From positions 228,740-292,739 of the forward strand of contig JBNKBE010000005.1 of NCBI GenBank assembly GCA_050287085.1: a stretch of 64,000 bases of DNA, read 5' to 3'. Of the stretch, positions 10,237 through 21,276 are shown piece by piece (the first letter of the stretch is position 1; each line of letters opens with the position of its first letter). The notes under the pieces were generated by a model. That model made no database searches. It saw only the letters and a list, made by a program, of their open reading frames with translations, and was not told the origin of the DNA. The stretch comes from Polyangiaceae bacterium (lineage in GTDB: Bacteria > Myxococcota_A > Polyangia > Polyangiales > Polyangiaceae). The position numbers and the translations under genes were made by a program.

Positions 10237-11025
10237 ATGACCACGACCTCATCCCCCTCTGTACAAGCGCACCGCATCCCCGGACTCGACGCCCGCCGTC
10301 CGAGCTGGTCGTATCGAAGACTGGGAGCGCTGCTGCTGGCAACCAGTTTTGCAGCTGCCTGCAACGCCGATGGGCTCGACCACGCCGAGATAGAGCAGTG
10401 GGAAACCGAACAGGCGGAGGCGGAAGCAACCGAACGCGCAGAGTTTGGACAGAGTCAGGATGCGCTCTCCTTCATCGGATTTCTCGGTTGTACTTGGGGA
10501 CCTTTTGGCTCACCCCAGGCGTTCACCTTTACCAACAACTTGCAAGGTTGGTACTCGAGTGGCGTTTGGGACGAGGCAACCGGCAGCCAGAATCCCATCT
10601 CTCAATCGCTGGTGGCGTGGAGCGGCCAGGCGGCGCTGCTGCTCGGGGTCAGCGCCAGCAACGCCGCAGCGGGCCTGGAGGAGCCCTATATCGAGCTACG
10701 TGGCCCAACCAAAGGCTACAACTGGAGCAATTGGGAGGGCCTGACGCAGCTCACCTACTCAGCACGCACCAACGTGTCGGGCCTCCGCCTGGTACCCTAC
10801 CTCACCACCAAGACCTGCCTCGGCACCAAGGCGACAGGCCCTATGCAAGGCGTCTGTACGCCTGCCGGCAACAACAACACCATTACGTGCACCCACACGC
10901 TACCGGCCCATGTCCAAGCCGACTCGCTGGTCCGCATCAGCCTCCGCGCCTACTTGCCCGAGTACATGAGTGTGAGTGATGGCTTCCTCTTCATCGACAA
11001 CATCAAGGGCAGCGCCTCGCGCTAG
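10237..11025 (+). CDS. Hypothetical lipoprotein
   Basis: Lipobox SFAAAC, EQ-rich linker ending QSQDAL, beta-rich mature domain. Confidence 0.7.
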   Translation: MTTTSSPSVQAHRIPGLDARRPSWSYRRLGALLLATSFAAACNADGLDHAEIEQWETEQAEAEATERAEFGQSQDALSFIGFLGCTWGPFGSPQAFTFTNNLQGWYSSGVWDEATGSQNPISQSLVAWSGQAALLLGVSASNAAAGLEEPYIELRGPTKGYNWSNWEGLTQLTYSARTNVSGLRLVPYLTTKTCLGTKATGPMQGVCTPAGNNNTITCTHTLPAHVQADSLVRISLRAYLPEYMSVSDGFLFIDNIKGSASR

Positions 11026-11067
11026 ACTCGCGAGTGCCCAACCGGGCCGGCCAACGGCACCCGGCCC

Positions 11068-11103
11068 GCTGCGAGGGGCCCCGCGCAGCGGGCCCCTCGC
11101 AGC
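11068..11103. terminator. GC-rich hairpin between convergent genes (possible terminator)
   Basis: Perfect 14-bp stem GCTGCGAGGGGCCC / GGGCCCCTCGCAGC with 8-nt loop; no U-tract. Confidence 0.4.
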
Positions 11104-11122
11104 CCACCCGCCGGCATGTCCT

Positions 11123-12619
11123 CTAACCCGCTGAAATCTCTGTCCCGGCCCCCGAAAATTCGCCCAATACCACTCTTGCACCGGCCTCCCGAGACGGATA
11201 TACGTCCACCCTCCACGCGCGAGTGGCGGAATTGGCAGACGCACCGGATTTAGGTTCCGGCGTAGAGATACGTGGAGGTTCGAGTCCTCTCTCGCGCACA
11301 ACGCTGATACCAATCAGCTTTTTGGGAACTAGCAGGCCGCGGCCGGTGACCACCCTCACCGGTTCTGGCCCACCCTTTGGCCCACCCCGCACGGCTTGAC
11401 AGAACTCGGGAAGTGCGTGGTGAAGCTCGCGAACTTCACCGAGGTCGAGCTCAGCAAGGGAGCTCGCGTCTTGCCGGTAACGCAAGAGCTCGGTCGAGCG
11501 GTGCCCGGTGCGCTGGCGAACCCAGTCCTCGGTGCGCCCCGATGCCAGCGCGCGCGTCACGAAGCTGCGGCGGAAGCTGTGCGTGCCAAAGGCCCCCCGC
11601 ACCGCGGTGCGCTCGAAGAGCTCGGGGCGGCGCACCCCCGCCTGCTTGAGATGGCGTCGCACCAACTTGGCCAGGTTATCGCGGTCGACGGGCATTCCGG
11701 GTTTTTCCGAGAATACCGCAGCATCGGGCCTGGCGGCGTCGCCGAAGCGCTCCTTCCACGCGCGTAGTGCCTCCGCTACGCCCGGGCTCATCTTCCACCA
11801 CCGAGGCGAATCCGTCTTGTTCTCGTCGAGCCTGAGCGTGCCGTGCTGCAGGTCCACGCAGTCCCAGGTAAGCGACAGCGCCTCCTCGCGCCGCATGCCC
11901 TCGCGATGCAGAAAGCCGTATAGCAGTCGATAGCCGAGCGGGATGGCCTGGCACGCCAGCAGCTTGGCGTCCTCCGCGGGTAAAAGGATCGCGTAGGCCT
12001 TGCGCGAGTTGGGTCGTGGGAGCCAACCACGCGGGATCGGGCTCGCTGCGATGTGCTTCAAAGGATAGACCGCCAGCGCCAGCACGCGGTGGACGAGCTG
12101 GGCGTACTGCCGGCGCGAGGAGGGAGTGAGCTTGGGCGGCAGCGACGCCATCAGCCGCTCCGCGTGCTCGAGAGTGAACTCGCACACCGGGACCTCGCCC
12201 ACAACGGGGTAGACGGACTTCTCGAGCCGCAGCCGATCGTCCTCGGCCGTGCGCTTCTTCCGCACGTGGTCAGGGAAGCGTTGGTGAAGCTGCCCACTGG
12301 TCCAGGCCTCACCGATCTCGCGAAAGGCCACCGCCGACGCTTTCAGGTTTACACTATTCACGCCGCACAGCGTTTCACCAAACCGCACAACGTCTTCGAA
12401 GTCGGAGCGCTTGCTGACGCCCGCAGCTTTTCTCAGCAGGATGGGCGCCTCTTCAAACTTACCCGAGCGCACCAACGCGGCCGCGAGACCCTGCAGGATG
12501 GCGTCGCGGCGTGCCGCTTCCACCTCGTCCGTGACGGCGATGACGAAGCGTTGACGTTGGCCCTTGCCGCAACGCAGGCGCGTGCGAAAGCCGTACGGGG
12601 TGCGTTCTAGCGAACTCAT
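11123..12619 (-). CDS. int: Tyrosine recombinase/integrase; frame reads through attL antisense to tRNA-Leu
   Basis: Catalytic set R (EGMRREEA), K (DENKT), HxxR (HSFRR), H (TGHRS), Y (LLRYR); codons 441-458 are the att core. Confidence 0.95.
   Translation of the reverse strand: MSSLERTPYGFRTRLRCGKGQRQRFVIAVTDEVEAARRDAILQGLAAALVRSGKFEEAPILLRKAAGVSKRSDFEDVVRFGETLCGVNSVNLKASAVAFREIGEAWTSGQLHQRFPDHVRKKRTAEDDRLRLEKSVYPVVGEVPVCEFTLEHAERLMASLPPKLTPSSRRQYAQLVHRVLALAVYPLKHIAASPIPRGWLPRPNSRKAYAILLPAEDAKLLACQAIPLGYRLLYGFLHREGMRREEALSLTWDCVDLQHGTLRLDENKTDSPRWWKMSPGVAEALRAWKERFGDAARPDAAVFSEKPGMPVDRDNLAKLVRRHLKQAGVRRPELFERTAVRGAFGTHSFRRSFVTRALASGRTEDWVRQRTGHRSTELLRYRQDASSLAELDLGEVRELHHALPEFCQAVRGGPKGGPEPVRVVTGRGLLVPKKLIGISVVRERGLEPPRISTPEPKSGASANSATRAWRVDVYPSREAGARVVLGEFSGAGTEISAG
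11176..11204 (+). promoter_or_regulatory. Sigma70-type promoter of tRNA-Leu
   Basis: TTGCAC-N17-TATACG ending 12 bp upstream of the tRNA. Confidence 0.6.
11217..11298 (+). tRNA. tRNA-Leu (anticodon TAG), CCA not encoded
   Basis: Acceptor stem GCGCGAG/CTCGCGC, D arm GGCGGAATTGGCAGACGC, anticodon arm CCGGA-TTTAGGT-TCCGG, long variable arm, T arm GGAGG-TTCGAGT-CCTCT. Confidence 0.97.
11246..11299 (+). repeat. attL core (54 bp, 3' part of tRNA-Leu)
   Basis: GGATTTAGGTTCCGGCGTAGAGATACGTGGAGGTTCGAGTCCTCTCTCGCGCAC, identical to 28754-28807. Confidence 0.95.
11366..11387 (+). promoter_or_regulatory. Putative integrase arm-type sites (tandem TGGCCCACCC)
   Basis: TGGCCCACCC-TT-TGGCCCACCC; the same decamer recurs at 28647-28656 inside the other end. 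Confidence 0.6.
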
Positions 12620-12802
12620 CTGTCCTCTCTCTTCGAGCCATCCGGCGCTGTCCGTTTGACGAGATTGAACGCTGGCTGCGGCAGAAGCCCCTCGCGCCGG
12701 AATACAGCGAAGAAGTCCTGACTCTACATCTCGTGCACTTCGAGGTGCGTCACGCCCGCCCAGCGGAGCATGCCTGTCAGTCGGGCAACGTCTGCGTGAT
12801 TG

Positions 12803-12940
12803 TCAGGCGCGAGCACGACGTGAACCCGGGGCTGCCTTGCGGAACGCTTGTCGAAGCCAGTCCGACATGGATAGGCCATTCGCCTCGGTGACGGCCGTCA
12901 ACATCTCGTACTCCTCCTCGGTCATACGCACGTTGACCAT
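12803..12940 (-). CDS. Small ribbon-helix-helix (CopG/MobC-like) protein, 45 aa, not in the ORF track
   Basis: MVNVRMTEEEYEMLTAVTEANGLSMSDWLRQAFRKAAPGSRRARA: beta strand, then two helices with the GxSxSxWxR turn. Confidence 0.7.
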   Translation of the reverse strand: MVNVRMTEEEYEMLTAVTEANGLSMSDWLRQAFRKAAPGSRRARA

Positions 12941-13513
12941 GCGTGCCCGCTTTTCGGTGCTCCATCATCTCAAGTGGCTTAATGTATAGCCAGCGGCTAT
13001 CGCCTCAGCAAGGGCAACTGTCCGCTTCGGCCTGCCGTTGCGTTTCCTGTGGGGCGCGCTCCACGGCGACTGGAACCCGCGGCTTCCTGCAACGGACTTG
13101 AGACTCTGATCGCGGTGGCCGTTGGCGGCTGCGGCACATCGATTAAGGACCGGGGGTGGGCTCCTCGCTGGGCTAGGCTCGCGTGCTGAACCATGCAGGA
13201 GCGGCCGCGCGGCGGTACACTCTTCGCTGTGAAGACGACCTTTCTTCCGTCGTCTCGTCATCCCTTCCCGCGGGGCGTCTAGTCTCCCGAGGCAAGAAGG
13301 GTCGCAGCACGGCGGACGTCCACGCAAGACAGGCCCTCGGCAATCGCCACCATGACGAGTGCGACGGGGTGGGCTTCGGCACGTCGCTCACGCGCGGCCT
13401 CCACGCAGGTTTTCTTTTTTTGGGCGACAAGCGCCGCCAAAGACACGCCCGATGGGCGCTGTGACTGTCACCCTGTCGCTACCTTGCGTGGCGTGGCGGC
13501 GCAGGCGACAAGG

Positions 13514-14321
13514 TCACGCCGTCCCTGTCCGTGCGGCATCGTTGAGGCGCCGCCCCCACTCCATCGGGTCGTCGCCAGCGCGCGTGCCTCGCTGGACGGG
13601 GGGCGCGGCTTGAGCGGGGTGCTCCCAGTCCTTAGGGCGGAGCCAGTTCCGGAACGCGGCACTCCAGTCCAAGCGCGCCTCCTTCCACTCGTGGTCTCTG
13701 AACCTGGCAAGCTCGAGCTCAAGGTTGCGACCGTAGCGCCTGGCCAGCTCTCGGTGACCGTCGTTCGGCTGCCAGGAATCGGGAACTCGCCTGGACCGTT
13801 TGCCGCACACTTCCTTGCGCGAATTCCAATGGGTTCCTTTATTGGTTACTTCCCTAGGTTCCTTAGGGGACCCCTCCTGCACTAGTGTTGGTACCCCTGG
13901 TGCACTGATGACGACACCCGTGGCGCACTGGTACGGTTCGGGTACCGGTACCCTCCGTGCACTCGTACTGGTGCGCGTCGGGTACTGGTGCAGGTCGGGC
14001 ACTGGTGGCCCCCGCGTCGGGAAGCGTCATCAGCCCCGTAAGGCCGTAGTGATTTGTTGGCTTGGCGCCCCGCACGACAGCGCCCCCCACGGTTGGCCTG
14101 CGGGTGCTCACCGCAATTGCGCCCTGCGCCAAGAGGCCGCGGATGGCGGCAAGCACGGCATGCCGGGACAGACCCGTCTTGCGCTGCAGTTCGCTCAAGG
14201 ACGGCCAGGGTTCGGGGCTCGACGGGCTCCAGTTGTCCAAAAGGGCGAGTGCCAAGAGTTTCTCCAAGGGCTTGAGCTTCGAATTGAAAACGCGCCGCTG
14301 CCCGCCAAGGAGATCCATCAT
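13514..14321 (-). pseudogene. Phage-type replication initiator (N-terminal HTH, C-terminal DnaT-like domain), split by a frameshift
   Basis: 14321-13863 frame: WPSLSELQRKTGLSRHAVLAAIRGL. 14002-13514 frame: PKEPREVTNKG linker and PDSWQP...LARFRDHEW...DWSAAFRNWLR. Confidence 0.75.
13879..14006. repeat. Iteron-like array inside the initiator gene (putative origin)
   Basis: GYACTGGT-like octamers at 13879, 13902, 13925, 13942, 13965, 13982, 13999 (spacings of 17 or 23 bp). Confidence 0.65.
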
Positions 14322-15034
14322 CCCCAGTCCTCGACGATAGTTCCGTCGTGCACGAGCCGGCGATACAGTGCCGCGCCGTAGCGGGCGGCGAATTGCTCGG
14401 GCGTGAGTCCCGTCGTCACGATCATCGGGCGCCGCTGCCGGTAGCGATGATCGATGACCTCCATTAGCGCATCGCTTGAGGGTTCGAATCCGAGCTCGTC
14501 TAGAACGAGCACGGTGGTGGTCTGGGCGTGGACGATGAGCGGGGGCTCGGCGCCGAGAGGGGCGTTGCGACGGGCATACGCGAGCTCGAACCCCGAGACC
14601 CAGGCGAAGCCCCACAGCTCGGCACGCTCGCGCCTGCGGAGCGCGGCCACCGCAGCCTCGTACTGGGCGTGCAGGCGTGCGACAACAGCGGCGGACTTGC
14701 CCACGCCGGTGGGCCCCGAAACGAACAGAGAGCGGTGTCGCGGATGCCACCGGCGAACGCCCTCGACGACCTTGGGCGAGGCGAGGCGGCAGAACTCACC
14801 GTTGCCAAAGCGTGCGTAGCTCCACCTCGGCGTGGCCAGTCGCACGCCCTGGGGGCCGTCGAGGCTCCCTTCGAATTGCTTGGTCGCCGCAGCCACTGCC
14901 CGATCGACCGGGTTCTTGCTCCGACGGTGGAGGCAGTACAGGTGCGCTGGGGCACCCGTGACGTCGCGATATTGCTGGCCCACGACCGGCTGGTCGCAGA
15001 ACGGACAAACGATCGACTGGGCGACGCCCATCAC
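14318..15034 (-). CDS. DnaC/IstB-like AAA+ ATPase (helicase loader)
   Basis: GPTGVGKS, VLVLDELGFE, IDHRYRQRRPMIVTTGL; N-terminal CxxC...HxxC; ATGA-coupled to neighbours. Confidence 0.88.
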   Translation of the reverse strand: MMGVAQSIVCPFCDQPVVGQQYRDVTGAPAHLYCLHRRSKNPVDRAVAAATKQFEGSLDGPQGVRLATPRWSYARFGNGEFCRLASPKVVEGVRRWHPRHRSLFVSGPTGVGKSAAVVARLHAQYEAAVAALRRRERAELWGFAWVSGFELAYARRNAPLGAEPPLIVHAQTTTVLVLDELGFEPSSDALMEVIDHRYRQRRPMIVTTGLTPEQFAARYGAALYRRLVHDGTIVEDWG

Positions 15035-15255
15035 CGCGAACCTCTGTAGAGCTTGACCTGGCGTCGGCTCCCCATCTCGAGGCGGACCCGGTCCACTACG
15101 AGGGCGGCTAGGTGGCTGTCGCCACGTGCCCGAGGCGGGCGCAGGGTTGACGGGACCAGACGCTTAAGGCGGTTGCGCGACTCGTGGGTCATGCAGAGGC
15201 TGGTCGCCTCCGCGAGCGCAACTGTGATGCCACCGTAGCCACGCGCCACAAGCAT
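15031..15255 (-). CDS. Small hypothetical protein
   Basis: Start and stop overlap both neighbours, indicating translational coupling. Confidence 0.55.
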   Translation of the reverse strand: MLVARGYGGITVALAEATSLCMTHESRNRLKRLVPSTLRPPRARGDSHLAALVVDRVRLEMGSRRQVKLYRGSR

Positions 15256-15569
15256 CAGCGCCCCCCCACGAGTCGCAGTTCCGCTCGCAGTTCGTCGACG
15301 GGGCTCGGCTGCGCTTTGGGGCCGGCTGGTGTACGCAGCGCCTGCGCTACGGCCTCGTTCGACAACAGGAAGCGACGTCCGACCTGTGCCGCTCCAGGCT
15401 TTCCTAACCCGATGAGTGTGCGCGCCGTCGCGATGTGACGACGCCGACCCAACGGGCTCGCAGCCTGGTCTAACCAGCCCGAGCCGGTGCCAGTGAGCAG
15501 ACGCGACGCGACGCGGTCGGCAATAGCGTCCGCGAGCACTTCGAACGCCGCGGCGAGTGACTCCTTCAC
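15255..15569 (-). CDS. Putative excisionase/RDF-like DNA-binding protein
   Basis: Basic 104-aa protein with WLDQ...GAAQVGRRFLLSNEAV winged-helix-like pattern, in the early operon. Confidence 0.55.
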   Translation of the reverse strand: MKESLAAAFEVLADAIADRVASRLLTGTGSGWLDQAASPLGRRRHIATARTLIGLGKPGAAQVGRRFLLSNEAVAQALRTPAGPKAQPSPVDELRAELRLVGGR

Positions 15570-15742
15570 GCGCGCGCTCCGATGAGCCCGCGCCGGTAAA
15601 GCGCGGCCCTTACCCGCTCGCCGGCGCGGCCTCGAATGGGGGGCCTTTCCCCGCGCGAGGCGGCGATGGCGTTTCGGACAGTGCGGGGGTCAACAACTGC
15701 TTCAGCAGCGACCAGTAGGATCGTCGTGTCGTCGATACTCAT
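15566..15742 (-). CDS. Small Cro-like HTH protein, 58 aa, not in the ORF track
   Basis: MSIDDTTILLVAAEAVVDPRTVRNAIAASRGERPPIRGRAGERVRAALYRRGLIGARA; stop overlaps the GTG of the next gene. Confidence 0.65.
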   Translation of the reverse strand: MSIDDTTILLVAAEAVVDPRTVRNAIAASRGERPPIRGRAGERVRAALYRRGLIGARA

Positions 15743-15816
15743 GGGGCTACATCATGGGCACCAGGCGCAGCGGAAGTCACCAGCGTAGAGGGATGACGTT
15801 GCGAGTCGTAGCAACC

Positions 15817-16677
15817 TCAAGACGGTAACGATTCCGAACCCAGAAGAAAGCTGTTGGACGCTTCCGACTTCAGGAAGTTATCGGCTTCCGTCTTCGAAAC
15901 TCCAACGCAGCGGATGGTGGCGCGAGCGTACGCTCGGAAGTCGGTCGCCTTCTTCCCCTTCGAGATCCGGACCCATGAAGCGAGCAGTCCCGTCCACTCT
16001 GCTCTAAAGTACCGCTCCCACTCGAGCCAGTCGGGCCCCTGGCGCAACTCCCACAGCCGAAGCCACATGGGGTGGTCTGGGACCTCCGGGTCGTCGCGGT
16101 CACGCAGCTCTGAGACCGCCGGGTCGGCGGGGTCAAGCAGCTCTGGGCTGTTCGCGAACTGCAGCACGAAGCGAGTGAAGCGGAGGTCCGCGCACTCATT
16201 CTTCTCGTAGACGTGTTGACTCAGGCCAGAGGCAGCTCGGAGCACGCCCATGACCGACCGCAGGAAATCTTCTGACGGTACGTCCGGCGACTCGCGCATC
16301 GCATTGAGACCTCTCCGCACCGCCCCCCTCAACATCGCAAGGTCGGAGCTGCGGTAGAACGACTGGGGATAGCCAAGCAGTCGACGTGCTACTGTCGCCA
16401 GCTCGAGCCGCCCGCCCTCGATCTTCTCTCGGACTGGAGGCCAACGCGGATCGGGCACTACCTCCTTATAGTAATCAAGGTTCTGCACCTGGTAGGACGC
16501 AAACCGAAGGGCTCTGACCACCGTTGCCTCATCAGGCCGCCCAGACTCCTTGAATCCCTCTTCTAGGGCCAGTAGGGCCGCGATCATTTGCTGACTGCCG
16601 CGAGGAACCCCGTTCCTTTCTGGTACTAGCTTACGCGGGCGCTTCTTCCCTGTTATCTTCTTCTCTGTCACTTGCAC
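15817..16677 (-). CDS. Hypothetical protein
   Basis: 286-aa ORF with ordinary globular composition; no family recognised; start uncertain. Confidence 0.6.
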   Translation of the reverse strand: MQVTEKKITGKKRPRKLVPERNGVPRGSQQMIAALLALEEGFKESGRPDEATVVRALRFASYQVQNLDYYKEVVPDPRWPPVREKIEGGRLELATVARRLLGYPQSFYRSSDLAMLRGAVRRGLNAMRESPDVPSEDFLRSVMGVLRAASGLSQHVYEKNECADLRFTRFVLQFANSPELLDPADPAVSELRDRDDPEVPDHPMWLRLWELRQGPDWLEWERYFRAEWTGLLASWVRISKGKKATDFRAYARATIRCVGVSKTEADNFLKSEASNSFLLGSESLPS

Positions 16678-17170
16678 TGACCCGGTTCCCCCCGAGGGGT
16701 TGGCGCGCCGCCGGGGGGGTCTTTCTGTTTTGGGAGTCTACTCGATTTCGCCAGCGCGCAGGCGCAAGCAACGCGGGCCGCCAACAGCATTCGGTTGAGC
16801 TGAAGAAGGTTCTCGCTCGGCGTGCTGTCTCGTCTTGGAACGCGAGCGCGTGTCCGACGAGCTAGCTACGAGGGGAGCACGACGCAAGGCTGCTGCCGGA
16901 GCGGACCACATTGTACCAGCTCGCCAATGCCATCACCGGTGCCGCCCACGCAGCGGAGCTGGCACGGCGGCTCGAGATCCAGATACGCGCCCGGGGGCTG
17001 CGACAGCGGGAGCTCAGAGCCGAGTAAGACACCCTCCCACCCGGCGGATGCTCACCGTGCACCGGCTCGCCGTCGGCTCCTCCGGACTTGGGGCAACGGC
17101 AGCCGGCCCAGGCTCCGCACATTCAATAGCCACAGTTTTCCCAGCTTGCCGGTCGTGATTTTCGAAGGGT

Positions 17171-17220
17171 AGTCTTCCCCAACCTTGCCGATCTCTTCCC
17201 AAGTTTGCCCAACTGCTCCC
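17171..17220 (+). promoter_or_regulatory. Five phased 10-bp repeats abutting the ATG of the HTH regulator
   Basis: AGTCTTCCCC AACCTTGCCG ATCTCTTCCC AAGTTTGCCC AACTGCTCCC, then ATG. Confidence 0.55.
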
Positions 17221-17573
17221 ATGCCTGAAGAGTTCCTGACGCTGCCCCAAGTGGCCGAACTGCTACAGGTCGCCACGAAGACGCCATGATGGCGACGGGC
17301 GAGCTTTCGGGCTTCAAGGTGGGAGGCCAGTGGCGCTTCAAGCGCGCCGACCTGGACCAGTGTGTCGAGGAGCAGAAGCAGGGCGCTTCAGCAAGACTGG
17401 GCGCTACGGCCCACAAGCAGAGCGCTCCGGCCAAGCACAGCACCCAGTCCAAGAAGACGCGCCCCAAGGCGCTGACGAAAAAAAGCGACCCGCAGAAGAA
17501 GGATGCCAAGAAGGCGACCGCGGGAGCCAAGAAGTCCAGCACCGAGTCGGCGGCTAGCAAGACCCGCCGCTAG
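17221..17573 (+). pseudogene. Excisionase-family (HTH_17, MAD1/BldC-like) regulator with Lys-rich tail, frameshifted near 17283
   Basis: MPEEFLTLPQVAELLQVATKT, frame change, then MMATGELSGFKVGGQWRFKRADLDQ. Confidence 0.75.
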
Positions 17574-17603
17574 TAGCTTTGCCACAACTTTTCTCTGCAC
17601 CAC

Positions 17604-19920
<2,317 letters not shown>

Positions 19921-19924
<4 letters not shown>

Positions 19925-21276
19925 CGGGGGCCTACCAGCGGCGCGACTCGCTCCGCGAATCGGGGGCACAGTGGCTCGGCGCGGTCCCGGACTTCTGGCC
20001 CGTTGTACGGCTAAAGACTCGGTTTGAGATCCGCAAAGACATCGCCGGAACACTGGGATTCGATGTGCTCTCGGTGACCCAGCGAGGGCTCAAGAAGAAG
20101 GACCTGACCTCGGGCGAAGGGCAACTCTCAATGGACTACTCCAAGTACCAGCTAGTTCGTCCCGACGACTTCGTGATGAACCACATGGACTTGTTGACCG
20201 GCTACATCGATGTTGCCGCTCAGAGGGGAGTCACTAGTCCAGACTATCGGGTCTTCGTCCCCCGACACGGAATCGAACTCGCTAGGCGCCACTACCTGTA
20301 CATCTTCCAGATGTGCTACACGTATCGAGTCTTCTATCCTTTGGGGCAGGGAAGCGCGCAGTTGGGTCGCTGGCGTCTGCCTCGAAAGGCTTTCGAGGAG
20401 TTCCTCCTCCCTGTTCCGCCCCTCGACGAACAAACCCAGATCGCCAAGTTTCTCGACTACGAGACGGCGAAGATATCCCAGCTCATCGACAGGCAGCAGC
20501 AGCTCATCGCGTTGCTCAAGGAGAAGCGCCAGGCCGTCATCAGCCACGCGGTCACCAAGGGCCTCAACCCCAACGCCCCCATGAAAGACTCCGGCGTCGA
20601 ATGGCTCGGCGAAGTGCCGGCGCATTGGGAGGTGTGTCGGGTCAAGCAGGTGACCGGCTTCATCACCTCAGGCCCGCGAGGCTGGTCCGACCTCATCACC
20701 GACGACGGGACAGACGTCTTCCTCCAGAGTGGCGATCTCAACGACAAGCTTGGCCTCGAGCTCGATTCAGCCAAGCGAATTCGCCCCCCTCAAAACGCGG
20801 AGGGGGTGCGCACCCGGATGCAGGAAGGCGACGTGGTCGTCTGCATCACTGGCGCCAACACGGGCCGCGCAGCGGTAGCCAATGACCTTCGTTGCACAGT
20901 CTTCGTGAACCAGCACCTCAGCCTCGTCAGGCCGCTGAAGAACAGGGTGCACCCAACCTATCTGGCAACACTTCTAGCCTCGTCCGCCGTCAAGGCGTAC
21001 TTCGCAGTCAAGCAGTACGGCCTGAAGGAGGGGCTGAGCCTTACTAACGTGGCCGAATCGCCCTCGTGCGTCCCACCAATCGAAGAACAACTGGCAATCA
21101 TCCAACATGTTCGTCGTCTTGAGGTGCAGTTGGACCGGCTCGAGGATGCCGCATCCTCGCAGGTCTCCCTCCTCCAAGAACGCCGCACCGCCCTCATCTC
21201 CGCCGCCGTCACCGGTAAGATCGACGTCCGCAACTGGCGCCCCCCTGAACACGAAGCCACCCAGGAGCTCGCATGA
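19921..21276 (+). CDS. hsdS: Type I R-M specificity subunit HsdS (system 1)
   Basis: Two TRDs flanked by [14 protein letters not shown] / [20 protein letters not shown] / [20 protein letters not shown]. Confidence 0.95.

Noticed and set aside
12965..13510. Small ORFs between the initiator and the RHH gene
   Set aside because: Several competing short frames around a T-run; none with a recognisable motif
14318..15034. IS21 element
   Set aside because: No IstA transposase or terminal inverted repeats; context is a replication module
16880..17010. Possible gene remnant (LLPERTTLYQLANAITGAAH, DUF932-like C-terminus)
   Set aside because: Short, no start codon, and the resemblance is too weak to support without a search
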